Origin: Octopus bimaculoides
Taxonomy: Eukaryota
Direction of reading: 5' to 3'
DNA length: 34,054 nucleotides
NCBI RefSeq assembly: GCF_001194135.2
Contig: NC_068989.1
Location: 36,341,655 to 36,375,708, forward strand
The position numbers were made by a program, and so were the translations under genes. The notes under the pieces were generated by a model. That model saw nothing but the letters and a program-made list of their open reading frames with translations, ran no database searches and was not told the DNA's origin. Positions 1 to 10,695 of the stretch are shown in pieces. Numbering within the stretch: the first letter of the stretch is position 1; every line of letters begins with the position of its first letter.

Positions 1-46
<46 letters not shown>

Positions 47-74
47 TGCATAAACATTATTTGTATATACTTAC

Positions 75-189
75 AACCATCGTATAGCATCCGAACGTGC
101 GAGCAAAGTTAGAAGGTAGATAGTCCCGATTAACAAAGTGGGTAGTAAGTCGTTGCTTGTGATAAGCATCTTGTGCGATGTTGTTAAAA
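75..189 (-). CDS. Candidate internal coding exon of an unidentified host gene (FNNIAQDAYHKQRLTTHFVNRDYLPSNFARTFGCYTMV)
   Basis: On the minus strand, consensus donor GTT|GTAAGT (74-69) and possible acceptor CACCAG| (191-190) bound 115 nt of non-repetitive sequence that is open in one frame (1 nt + 38 codons). The acceptor has a weak pyrimidine tract and I do not recognise the peptide. Confidence 0.35.
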
Positions 190-218
190 CTGGTGATGAC
201 CACCACATGTGTGTAGAC

Positions 219-1262
219 GGCAGTGGTGGCGACGGCGGCTGCGGGGGCCCCGGTGGTGGAGATGGTGCTGATGGCGATGGTGGGGTATTTGTGATGGTGC
301 TTTCTGTTGGTGGTAGTGGTGGTAGTGGCAGTTGTACTACTAATGGTGGTGGTGGTGGCAACGATGGCGGTTGCGGTATTAGTGGTGGTAGTGGTGGTAG
401 TGGTGGTAGTGGTGGTGGTGGTGTTAGTGGAGGCGGGGGCGGCTTAGGTGGCGGTGGTGTGTATTTGTGATGGTGCTTTCCGTTGGTGGTAGTGGTGGTA
501 GTGGNNNNNNNNNNNNNNNNNNNNNNNNNNNNNNNNNNNNNNNNNNNNNNNNNNNNNNNNNNNNNNNNNNNNNNNNNNNNNNNNNNNNNNNNNNNNNNNN
601 NNNNNNNNNNNNNNNNNNNNNNNNNNNNNNNNNNNNNNNNNNNNNNNNNNNNNNNNNNNNNNNNNNNNNNNNNNNNNNNNNNNNNNNNNNNNNNNNNNNN
701 NNNNNNNNNNNNNNNNNNNNNNNNNNNNNNNNNNNNNNNNNNNNNNNNNNNNNNNNNNNNNNNNNNNNNNNNNNNNNNNNNNNNNNNNNNNNNNNNNNNN
801 NNNNNNNNNNNNNNNNNNNNNNNNNNNNNNNNNNNNNNNNNNNNNNNNNNNNNNNNNNNNNNNNNNNNNNNNNNNNNNNNNNNNNNNNNNNNNNNNNNNN
901 NNNNNNNNNNNNNNNNNNNNNNNNNNNNNNNNNNNNNNNNNNNNNNNNNNNNNNNNNNNNNNNNNNNNNNNNNNNNNNNNNNNNNNNNNNNNNNNNNNNN
1001 NNNNNNNNNNNNNNNNNNNNNNNNNNNNNNNNNNNNNNNNNNNNNNNNNNNNNNNNNNNNNNNNNNNNNNNNNNNNNNNNNNNNNNNNNNNNNNNNNNNN
1101 NNNNNNNNNNNNNNNNNNNNNNNNNNNNNNNNNNNNNNNNNNNNNNNNNNNNNNNNTGGGTGGTGAAGATATTGGTTTTGATGTGTTGGTGGTGATGATG
1201 GGGGAAGTTGCTGGAGGTGGTGGTGGGTGTGGTGGTAGTGGTGTTTTGTGTGTGTGTGTGTG
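219..1262. repeat. (GGT/GGTAGT)n low-complexity tract spanning an assembly gap
   Basis: Degenerate GGT triplets at 219-504 and 1157-1245, then (TG)n; N-run 505-1156. Confidence 0.9.
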
Positions 1263-1338
1263 TGTCTGTGTAGATAGATGTAGGTGAGGCTAGGCTGAAA
1301 AACAACGGTTGAGAGGCGTGGAATAGAAGACACTTTCA

Positions 1339-1380
<42 letters not shown>

Positions 1381-1579
1381 GAATCGCAAACAGACGCCTC
1401 TACGTGCACGTACTCACACTCAAATCCACATTAATTCAATCGAATAGTGGCAGTTATACAAACAAAAACGAACACACATTCACACACACATATATGTATA
1501 TATGCATATACACACGTACACACAGACACATACATACACACGTAAACACACTCACACAAGCACATACAGACACAAATAC

Positions 1580-1661
<82 letters not shown>

Positions 1662-1929
1662 TTACGTATTCACTCCCAGTGGAATACGAACACGCACACA
1701 TAGATACTTAAACAGGCACACTCACAAATACGGACACATATACAAACACACACATACAAACATATACGCACACAGACAATGTAGGCATTTACAAAAAATT
1801 TTAAATACTTATCGTAAAGTACAATTATATTCTACACGTTTCTTTCTGTAAATACTCACACACGTATGAACATGCACTTACCTACACAAATACTAAAAGA
1901 TATGGAAAAAACACATACATAAACCTAGG

Positions 1930-1996
<67 letters not shown>

Positions 1997-2031
1997 AGAC
2001 AAACATAGATAGACTGATAAACAGACCGGCT

Positions 2032-2065
<34 letters not shown>

Positions 2066-2106
2066 TAGATAGACAGACAGACAGACAGATAGACAGACAG
2101 ACAGAC

Positions 2107-2145
<39 letters not shown>

Positions 2146-2630
2146 AACACATACATACATACAAGCATACTTACATACATACATACATACAGCTATATAC
2201 ATAAATATACATATATTGGCGACACAATTTCATGCGCACACGCACACACACATACATGGATACATACATACATAAATTCACACACACACACACACACACA
2301 CACACGCAGACACACGCACGCAGACAAACACACACAAACGACACAGACGGCCGACTCACTAAATAGTGTATATAAATCTGCATGTCTGTGTGGATGAATG
2401 TACGTCTGCATGCATGTATGTACGAATGTATTACGAATGTATGTGTGAATGTATGTATGTATGTGTGTATGTATGTATGTATACATGTATGTATGTATGC
2501 AAGTACGTATGCATGCATGTATGGATGTGTGTTTGTATGTATGTATATATGTATGTATGAATGTGCGCATGTGTGCGTGTGTGTGTGCCTACACGTAGTT
2601 ATGTATGTCTGTATGTTTCTATCTATGTAT
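1339..2630. repeat. Compound microsatellite zone: (CA)n, (AG)n, (GATA/GACA)n, (CATA/TATG)n
   Basis: Directly visible tandem di- and tetranucleotide arrays. Confidence 0.95.
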
Positions 2631-2635
2631 ATACA

Positions 2636-2793
2636 GGCGTAGGCGTGGTTGTGTGGTAATAAGATTGCTTCCCAACCACATGGTTACGGGTTCAGTCCCT
2701 CTTTGTGTCACCTTGGGTAAGTCCCTTCTACTATAGCCTCGGGCCGACCAAAACCTTGTGAGACGGAAACTGAAAGAACACCGTTTTATATAC

Positions 2794-2836
<43 letters not shown>

Positions 2837-3371
2837 NNNNNNNNNNNNNNNNNNNNNNNNNNNNNNNNNNNNNNNNNNNNNNNNNNNNNNNNNNNNNNNN
2901 NNNNNNNNNNNNNNNNNNNNNNNNNNNNNNNNNNNNNNNNNNNNNNNNNNNNNNNNNNNNNNNNNNNNNNNNNNNNNNNNNNNNNNNNNNNNNNNNNNNN
3001 NNNNNNNNNNNNNNNNNNNNNNNNNNNNNNNNNNNNNNNNNNNNNNNNNNNNNNNNNNNNNNNNNNNNNNNNNNNNNNNNNNNNNNNNNNNNNNNNNNNN
3101 NNNNNNNNNNNNNNNNNNTATATATATATATACGTGTGTGTGTGTGTGTGTGTGTCAGTGTTTAACCACACCATCAGTTGACAACCGATACTGGTGTGTT
3201 TATGTCTCCGTAATCACGCGGTTCAGCAAAAGATTCTGATATAATAAGTACTAGGCTTACAAAGAATAAGTCCTGGGGTCGATTTCTTCGACTAAAACCC
3301 TTGCAGGCGGTGCTCCAGCATAGCCGCAGTCAATTGACTGAAGCAAGTTAAAGAATAAACGAATAAAAGAA
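2636..3371 (+). mobile_element. tRNA-derived SINE family A: head, internal (TA)n/(TG)n tract, tail
   Basis: Head GGCGTAGGCGTGGTTGTGTGGTAATAAG (A-box-like) and GGTTCAGTCC (B-box-like), followed by CORE-like CCTTGGGTAAGT. Tail 3155-3371 (TTGACAACCGAT...GGCGGTGCTCCAGCA...) ends in AAGAATAA-type repeats. Homologous pieces occur at 4245-4430, 5204-5740 and 7691-7850. Confidence 0.85.
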
Positions 3372-3596
3372 TATATACATGTGTTTGTATGTGCATATGC
3401 ACCTATGCAAAAGTATTTCCGCTCATGTGTCCATGCGTGTAACTTTGTATATTGGCAAGTATGTATGTGTTACAATGGATCATCTTTTAGCTCTTATTTA
3501 AATCGATATACATACAAAAACTCACATGTGAGAATTTTGCTACGTTTTGATAGCAGATACAATATTTTTACCAAATTTTGGTAGAAATCTATAAAT

Positions 3597-3770
3597 ACAT
3601 TCGAAACGTCTAGATAGAATAGAGACAGCTGATGAAGGGATATTCCAAGGGGCTTTCCGTTTTCCTATGTGTTCGTTCCGTTGTCTGTAGTTTATTGTTC
3701 TAACGTCCTGTACCCTGATATGCATGTATATACACATGTAGATGTAAGTATGTACATATATGTGTGTATA
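3597..3770 (+). repeat. Dispersed repeat, homologous to 33850-34025, carrying CGAAACG...CTGATGAAGG
   Basis: The two copies share CGAAACG(T/C)C, AGCTGATGAAGG and GTCCTGTACCC(T/A)GATATGCAT...GTAGATGTAAGTATGTACAT. Confidence 0.75.
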
Positions 3771-3789
3771 CATGTATATATATTCTTTG

Positions 3790-3831
<42 letters not shown>

Positions 3832-3946
3832 TATATCTCTATGCACCTATATAGGCGTGTACGTCCTTATCTCCATCTAATATTAATCTATTCATCTCTC
3901 ATATATGTTATATACGAAAGTACATATGTATGTATGTATGTAGCTA

Positions 3947-3947
3947 T

Positions 3948-3980
<33 letters not shown>

Positions 3981-3985
3981 CATCC

Positions 3986-4016
<31 letters not shown>

Positions 4017-4033
4017 GATCGATCTATCTAGCG

Positions 4034-4077
<44 letters not shown>

Positions 4078-4169
4078 NNNNNNNNNNCTATCTATCTATC
4101 TATCTATCTATCTATCGATCGATCGATCTATCTATCTATCTATCTATCTATCGATCGATCTATCTAGCG

Positions 4170-4216
<47 letters not shown>

Positions 4217-4235
4217 GATCGATCGATCTATCTAT
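3947..4235. repeat. (TCTA)n microsatellite with TCGA variants
   Basis: Visible tandem array; 10-N gap at 4078-4087. Confidence 0.95.
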
Positions 4236-4244
4236 GTATGTATA

Positions 4245-4430
4245 TCCTTTATCTTTCACTTGCTTCAGTTATTAGACTGCAGTCACGCTGGCGCACCATC
4301 TTGAAGAATTTTTGGTGGAATGAATCAACCCTAGTACTTATTTTTTGTTAAGCCTGGTATTTATTCTATCCGTTTCTTTTGTCGAATAGCTAAGTTACGG
4401 GGACATAAACACACCAGCATCGGTTGTCAA
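4245..4430 (-). mobile_element. SINE family A tail fragment
   Basis: Reverse complement of the 3155-3371 tail (AAGTTACGGGGACATAAACACACCAGCATCGGTTGTCAA; AGTACTTATT). Confidence 0.8.
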
Positions 4431-4592
4431 TGTTTTGTTGAATGTTTCGATAGAGGTTCCTTTTATATTTCTGATTTCTTTAGGTAAGTCGTTGAACAGC
4501 TGAGGACCTCTAAATATAAGACTGGTAGAATAGAATTTTTTCTGTTCGTGATTTCGAAGATGGTGTATTTGGAAGCTCTCAGTGCCTGCCAT
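4429..4592 (-). mobile_element. CR1/L2-group LINE ORF2 C-terminal fragment
   Basis: Minus-strand peptide YSTSLIFRGPQLFNDLPKEIRNIKGTSIETFNKTL resembles the G-x-x-L-[FW]-N-x-LP-x-E-I-R...F-K-x-x-L motif at the end of CR1/L2-group ORF2. Confidence 0.7.
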
Positions 4593-4744
4593 TTTGTGCA
4601 TTAAATTCTCTCTAATGTGGATGCATACAAGTATGTATAGATGCGTTTGTTTGCGTGTACAAGCACAGAGGTATGTCAAAGCATGTATGTACGTAAGAAT
4701 GTATGTGTATGTATGTGTGTGTTGTGTGTGTATGTTAATGTATT

Positions 4745-4791
<47 letters not shown>

Positions 4792-5203
4792 ATATACATA
4801 TGTGTGTGTGTGTGTGAGTGCGTGGGTGTATGTATGTATGTATGTATATATGTATGTATGAGAAAAATTTAGGGGAGGTGGGCTGAACAATGAGATAGAA
4901 ACTTTGTACATTATAGATGGAGAAAAGTGAGAGATGATACGTGAAGTAGAGTGTTGGGTGGTTGCGTGATGGGAACTGTTGTAGGAGGAGGAAGAGGAGG
5001 TGGAAATAGTTTAGGGATCCCATAGCGGATATGAGAGGAAGAAGTGAGAATCGGAATGACCAATAGAATGCAGCAGGAGGGCGGCTACAGGCTGTAAGAA
5101 AAACAAAAGAAGAACGGAGAACGAGAGAAAAAATAGAATGAGCGAAAGAATGATTAAAATGAATCAAACTTTTGATAGCAAAAGAAAAAAAAAACAATAT
5201 ATA

Positions 5204-5740
5204 GGTGCAGCTTCCCAACCTTGAGGGTCCGAGTTCAGTCCCACAGCGTAGCATTTTGACCAAGTGTATTCTCCTGTAGCTTCGATCCGCCCAAAATCTT
5301 TTGAGTGGATTTGGTAGATGGAAACTGAAAGAAGCACATCGCATAAGCATATATCTATGTGTGTGTGTGTGTGTGTCTGTGTGTGTGTGTGTGTGGTTGT
5401 GTTTATGGTATGTATGTGGAGGGTGTATATGGTGTGTGTGTAGTATGTGATGCGTGGGTGCTGTGTTGTGTGTATGTGTGTGTAGTGTGTGGTGTATGCG
5501 GAGTGTGTTGTGTGCGTGGTGTGGTATGTGCTGCGTTGTTTGTGTGTGTGGTGTGTGTGTGTGTGTGGTGTGTGTATGTGGTGTGCGTGTGTGTGTGTGT
5601 GAGTGGTCTTTGTGTTTATCTCACAACCTCTGCTTGACAACCAGCTGGTGTTGGTTTTTAGTGTTGGTTCCTGTGACTTAACGGTTCGGCAAAACGACCA
5701 ATAGAATATATATTTGGGTTTTTAAAAGAAGAAATAAAAA
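5204..5740 (+). mobile_element. SINE family A, 5'-truncated, with internal (TG)n
   Basis: Head CTTCCCAACC...GAGTTCAGTCCCAC...GTGGATTTGGTAGATGGAAACTGAAAGAAG, TG-rich tract 5357-5600, then tail TTGACAACC...GGTTCGGCAAAA. Confidence 0.8.
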
Positions 5741-5954
5741 ATAAATGCACCCTTTTAAAGCCTAGCCAGGCTCATGGGCCCGGTTTCCCGGTTTCAATGG
5801 CGTATGTGTTCCCCAGCTGGACGGGACGCCAGTCCATCGCAGCGTTACTCATTTTTGCCAGCTGAGTGGACTGGAGCAACGTGAAATGAAGTGTTTTGCT
5901 CAAGAACACAACGCGTCGCCCGGTCCAGGAATCGAAACCACAATCTTACGATCA
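5741..5954 (-). mobile_element. tRNA-derived SINE family C with CORE-like and V-like segments; 5' end lost in the gap
   Basis: Minus strand: B-box GGTTTCGATTCC, then TTGTGTTCTTGAGCAAAACACTT (CORE-like), then CTGCGATGGACTGGCGTCCCGTCCAG (V-SINE/DANA/HE1-like). Confidence 0.75.
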
Positions 5955-6642
5955 NNNNNNNNNNNNNNNNNNNNNNNNNNNNNNNNNNNNNNNNNNNNNN
6001 NNNNNNNNNNNNNNNNNNNNNNNNNNNNNNNNNNNNNNNNNNNNNNNNNNNNNNNNNNNNNNNNNNNNNNNNNNNNNNNNNNNNNNNNNNNNNNNNNNNN
6101 NNNNNNNNNNNNNNNNNNNNNNNNNNNNNNNNNNNNNNNNNNNNNNNNNNNNNNNNNNNNNNNNNNNNNNNNNNNNNNNNNNNNNNNNNNNNNNNNNNNN
6201 NNNNNNNNNNNNNNNNNNNNNNNNNNNNNNNNNNNNNNNNNNNNNNNNNNNNNNNNNNNNNNNNNNNNNNNNNNNNNNNNNNNNNNNNNNNNNNNNNNNN
6301 NNNNNNNNNNNNNNNNNNNNNNNNNNNNNNNNNNNNNNNNNNNNNNNNNNNNNNNNNNNNNNNNNNNNNNNNNNNNNNNNNNNNNNNNNNNNNNNNNNNN
6401 NNNNNNNNNNNNNNNNNNNNNNNNNNNNNNNNNNNNNNNNNNNNNNNNNNNNNNNNNNNNNNNNNNNNNNNNNNNNNNNNNNNNNNNNNNNNNNNNNNNN
6501 NNNNNNNNNNNNNNNNNNNNNNNNNNNNNNNNNNNNNNNNNNNNNNNNNNNNNNNNNNNNNNNNNNNNNNNNNNNNNNNNNNNNNNNNNNNNNNNNNNNN
6601 NNNNNNNNNNNNNNNNNNNNNNNNNNNNNNNNNNNNNNNNNN

Positions 6643-6683
<41 letters not shown>

Positions 6684-6767
6684 ATAATTGAGACTCAGTT
6701 GAATTATGCACTTAAATTGAAGCACCAAGTCAGTCCGGTATTATCTGCACAGCTCGAAGGTGATTAA

Positions 6768-6973
6768 AATCAAAATAAGCAACAAAATATCAAGTAGTGA
6801 TGCAGTACGACCGTTTCAAGCAGCTCCATTTAATTGAACAATGCAATCATTACCTCAATGAAGAGCCCCCCGCAGGAGCTAGTTAAAAGCCCCCCCCCCC
6901 CNNNNNNNNNNATGGAGCCGATTGAAACGGTCGTACTGCATCTCTACTTGATATCCTGTTGCTTATTTTGATT
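6768..6973. repeat. Inverted repeat with 62-bp arms (MITE-like)
   Basis: 6768-6829 is near-identical to the reverse complement of 6912-6973 (a handful of substitutions). The spacer includes a 10-N gap. Confidence 0.85.
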
Positions 6974-6985
6974 ATATATATATGT

Positions 6986-7030
<45 letters not shown>

Positions 7031-7690
7031 TGTGTGTGCGCGTGCGTACATACATACTTACATACATACAACTATACACGAAGGCAATTAGGTATGTATA
7101 TATATTTGTGCGTGTGCGTTAGAGAGTATACATATACACACAGACAGAGTGAGAGCGAGAGAACGAGAGAACGAGAGAAAGAAAGAGAGAGCAAAAACAT
7201 ACATGTGTGTATATTGTATGTACATTTATGAGTATATGTTTGTGTATTCGTATGTATATATGTGTGTGTGTAAGCGTAAATTTATGTATGTATGTATGTA
7301 TGTACGTACGTATGCATGTATGTATGTACTGATGCGCTATCGTGCTCTTGTTTCTTAAAGACAATATTCTCAGTGGGACTGCTCTACATTATAATGCTTG
7401 TATTTTAACCTGTGTTAAACAATGACTCTCAAGCGTACACACTCCCACATACAACAACTTGTTTACATAATTTTCTTTTGTTCCCCCCCCCCCCGCAGCA
7501 AAAGTGAAAAATGGCCTCCAAATGCAAATGCAAGTGAAAGTTTATTCTGGTGCACAGCGACTAGAAAATTGCAAGTTGACTACAACCAACGATTATTGTG
7601 AAACTGCATAAAATAAAGCGTTTGCCATGACATTTCATTTTGGGAGCAAAAAAATAATAGAGTAAGTTTTGGGGGAAGAAAAAATTATTA

Positions 7691-7850
7691 GGCGCAGGCG
7701 TGACTGTGTGGTAAGAAGTTTGCTTCTCAACCACATGGTTCTGGGTTCAGTCCCACTGTGTGGCACCACGGGCAAATGTCTTCTACTATAACCTCGGGCT
7801 GACCAACATCTTGTGAGTGGATATGGTAGACGTAAAATCAGTATCGTGTA
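7691..7850 (+). mobile_element. SINE family A head
   Basis: GGCGCAGGCGTGACTGTGTGGTAAGAAG...GGGTTCAGTCCCACTG...GGGCAAATGTCTTCTACTATA, running into (TG)n and a gap. Confidence 0.85.
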
Positions 7851-7851
7851 T

Positions 7852-7892
<41 letters not shown>

Positions 7893-8454
7893 NNNNNNNN
7901 NNNNNNNNNNNNNNNNNNNNNNNNNNNNNNNNNNNNNNNNNNNNNNNNNNNNNNNNNNNNNNNNNNNNNNNNNNNNNNNNNNNNNNNNNNNNNNNNNNNN
8001 NNNNNNNNNNNNNNNNNNNNNNNNNNNNNNNNNNNNNNNNNNNNNNNNNNNNNNNNNNNNNNNNNNNNNNNNNNNNNNNNNNNNNNNNNNNNNNNNNNNN
8101 NNNNNNNNNNNNNNNNNNNNNNNNNNNNNNNNNNNNNNNNNNNNNNNNNNNNNNNNNNNNNNNNNNNNNNNNNNNNNNNNNNNNNNNNNNNNNNNNNNNN
8201 NNNNNNNNNNNNNNNNNNNNNNNNNNNNNTATTTAAAACCGTCCTGTACACTTGAACATGGAAACCATTTTACTATTGCAGTGTTGAATCTCATAACATA
8301 AGCATATTGAGTAGCCATTTTGGATATGAAAAAGTAACGTGTGTAAATAAAACTTTAAAAGTATTTTTGTCTACCCTCGTCTCCATCTGGGAATTGAGAG
8401 TAGGCTTTTCTTAGTTACTTCGTTTTACAAGTAGAAATTAGAAGAAAATGGCGT

Positions 8455-8552
8455 TAAAAAGCAGCCTTATTGGGCACAGCGCACATCTTAAGGAAAGTAT
8501 TATCTGTCTGAGGTCCTTATAGTGACTTGACAAATGACTAAAGACTCCGGCG
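8455..8552 (+). mobile_element. R4/Dong-like RLE LINE, extreme 3' end (copy A)
   Basis: KAALLGTAHILRKVLSV* (8458-8511) plus a short 3' UTR; same terminal motif as copies B-F. Confidence 0.7.
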
Positions 8553-8574
8553 CAATTTTACTTAGACTGTGTTA

Positions 8575-9032
8575 CGAGGTATGACTGTCCCAATCGATAT
8601 AAACGTATTTGTCAAGACCTACTAAACACTAAGCAAGTATAAAGACCTTGAAATAGAAATTAGCAAAACGTGGAACCTGAAGACTAAAACAATATCTGTT
8701 GTCATAGGTGCCCTAGGAATGATAGCAAAAGGGGCTGATTGCTACCTAGCTCAGATACCAGGAAACCCCCAAAATGGCAGAAATTCAAAAGATAATCCTC
8801 ATGAGAACAGCCCATATCCTACGTAAAATACTGTGTATGTAAACTCAAGTTTTAAAACAAACACATAATTTTCTTATGGTTTCTTAAACATTCTCTAGAA
8901 CAACACTATGTGCAAAACCAAATATATGGCACCCTAGGCATAACACCAACATGAACTTCTAACTTGTTGTTTCTTGAGGTCTCAGGGTGAGACTTGAAGC
9001 CAACTTGTACAAATGCAAAGCAAAAGTCTGAC
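8575..9032 (+). mobile_element. R4/Dong-like RLE LINE 3' fragment (copy B)
   Basis: MTVPIDINV...SKYKDLEIEISKTWNLKTKTISVVIGALGMI...TAHILRKIL (stop 8840-8842), then 3' UTR directly followed by (AAT)n. Confidence 0.85.
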
Positions 9033-9111
<79 letters not shown>

Positions 9112-9131
9112 TGATGATGATGATGATGATG

Positions 9132-9195
<64 letters not shown>

Positions 9196-9885
9196 NNNNN
9201 NNNNNNNNNNNNNNNNNNNNNNNNNNNNNNNNNNNNNNNNNNNNNNNNNNNNNNNNNNNNNNNNNNNNNNNNNNNNNNNNNNNNNNNNNNNNNNNNNNNN
9301 NNNNNNNNNNNNNNNNNNNNNNNNNNNNNNNNNNNNNNNNNNNNNNNNNNNNNNNNNNNNNNNNNNNNNNNNNNNNNNNNNNNNNNNNNNNNNNNNNNNN
9401 NNNNNNNNNNNNNNNNNNNNNNNNNNNNNNNNNNNNNNNNNNNNNNNNNNNNNNNNNNNNNNNNNNNNNNNNNNNNNNNNNNNNNNNNNNNNNNNNNNNN
9501 NNNNNNNNNNNNNNNNNNNNNNNNNNNNNNNNNNNNNNNNNNNNNNNNNNNNNNNNNNNNNNNNNNNNNNNNNNNNNNNNNNNNNNNNNNNNNNNNNNNN
9601 NNNNNNNNNNNNNNNNNNNNNNNNNNNNNNNNNNNNNNNNNNNNNNNNNNNNNNNNNNNNNNNNNNNNNNNNNNNNNNNNNNNNNNNNNNNNNNNNNNNN
9701 NNNNNNNNNNNNNNNNNNNNNNNNNNNNNNNNNNNNNNNNNNNNNNNNNNNNNNNNNNNNNNNNNNNNNNNNNNNNNNNNNNNNNNNNNNNNNNNNNNNN
9801 NNNNNNNNNNNNNNNNNNNNTGGGTATACTGGGCTTCGTATATTTTACCCGTGTCACTTTGATGGCATGCAATGCTCTCTCACTC

Positions 9886-9924
<39 letters not shown>
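9033..9924. repeat. (AAT)n/(GAT)n microsatellite, gap 9196-9820, a short unique 3'-end-like segment (9821-9885) and a second (AAT)n
   Basis: Visible arrays at 9033-9195 and 9886-9924. Confidence 0.9.
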
Positions 9925-9926
<2 letters not shown>

Positions 9927-10664
9927 CGAAACGGAGGCTCTAATCTGTGCTGCCCAAGATCAAGCACTAAGAACAAACTACATAAAATACAGAATATACA
10001 ACGCATCAGAAAGTAATAAGTGCAGAATCTGTGGACAAAACGGTGAAACTGTATGGCATATTACCAGCCAATGTACGCCACTAGCCTAGAAGGAATATAA
10101 GAGATGCCACGACAATATAGCTAGGCTTGTCCATTGGACACTTTGCAACAAGTATGGACTTGACAGAGCAAAAAATTGGTTCGACCACATACCTGAAGGC
10201 ATCGTCGAAAATAGAAATGCAAAGATCCTATGGGTTTTATGATTCAGTGCGACCATGACATAGGGAATAGGAAGCCAGACATAGTCTTAATTGAGAAAGA
10301 AAACAAACTATGCTGGATCATAGATATAGCATGTCCAACTGACAACAAGGTATGCGATAAGGAAGAAAGAAAAGTCGAGAGATATAACAGGTTAGCTGAG
10401 GAAGTTAAGCAGTTGTAGTTGATGAAAAAGGTAGCAGTAGTACCAATAATTGTTTGAACCCTGGGAACAGTGAGCAAAAATCTCGAGAAGTCCGGGGAAC
10501 AAATAGGGGCTGTAATAAGGGCGGAGCACTTGCAGAAAACAGCACTGCTTGGAACCACTCGAATACTCCGAAGGTGTTCGAAAATAAGAGGTGTTACCTT
10601 AGTTCACTGGTAGTGAACAGCTGACACTGTAGTACATCTCCAGCGTTAGAAGCTGTGCAAAGGC
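9922..10664 (+). mobile_element. R4/Dong-like RLE LINE 3' fragment (copy C) with CCHC knuckle and PD-(D/E)xK endonuclease
   Basis: TEALICAAQDQALRTNY; CRICGQNGETVWHITSQC (10021-10074); RKPDIVLIEK...WIIDIACP; LQKTALLGTTRILR. Contains stops and frameshifts and ends in (AAT)n at 10665. Confidence 0.92.
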
Positions 10665-10695
10665 AATAATAATAATAATAATGATGATGATGATG

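Noticed and set aside
71-1375. 434-aa proline-rich ORF and overlapping Gly/His-rich ORFs
   Set aside because: Translation of GGT/TG microsatellites read through a 652-N gap; no domain evidence.
1404-2642. ERER, YLSI, HTYI and CVCV ORFs (and similar ORFs across the window)
   Set aside because: Simple-repeat translations lacking stops by composition.
2636-2720. tRNA-like A/B boxes here and at the other SINE heads
   Set aside because: They continue into SINE bodies and I could not fold a complete cloverleaf; not called as tRNA genes.
8982-9890. Poly-Ile/Met and poly-Tyr/His ORFs
   Set aside because: (AAT)n/(GAT)n plus N-gap artefacts.
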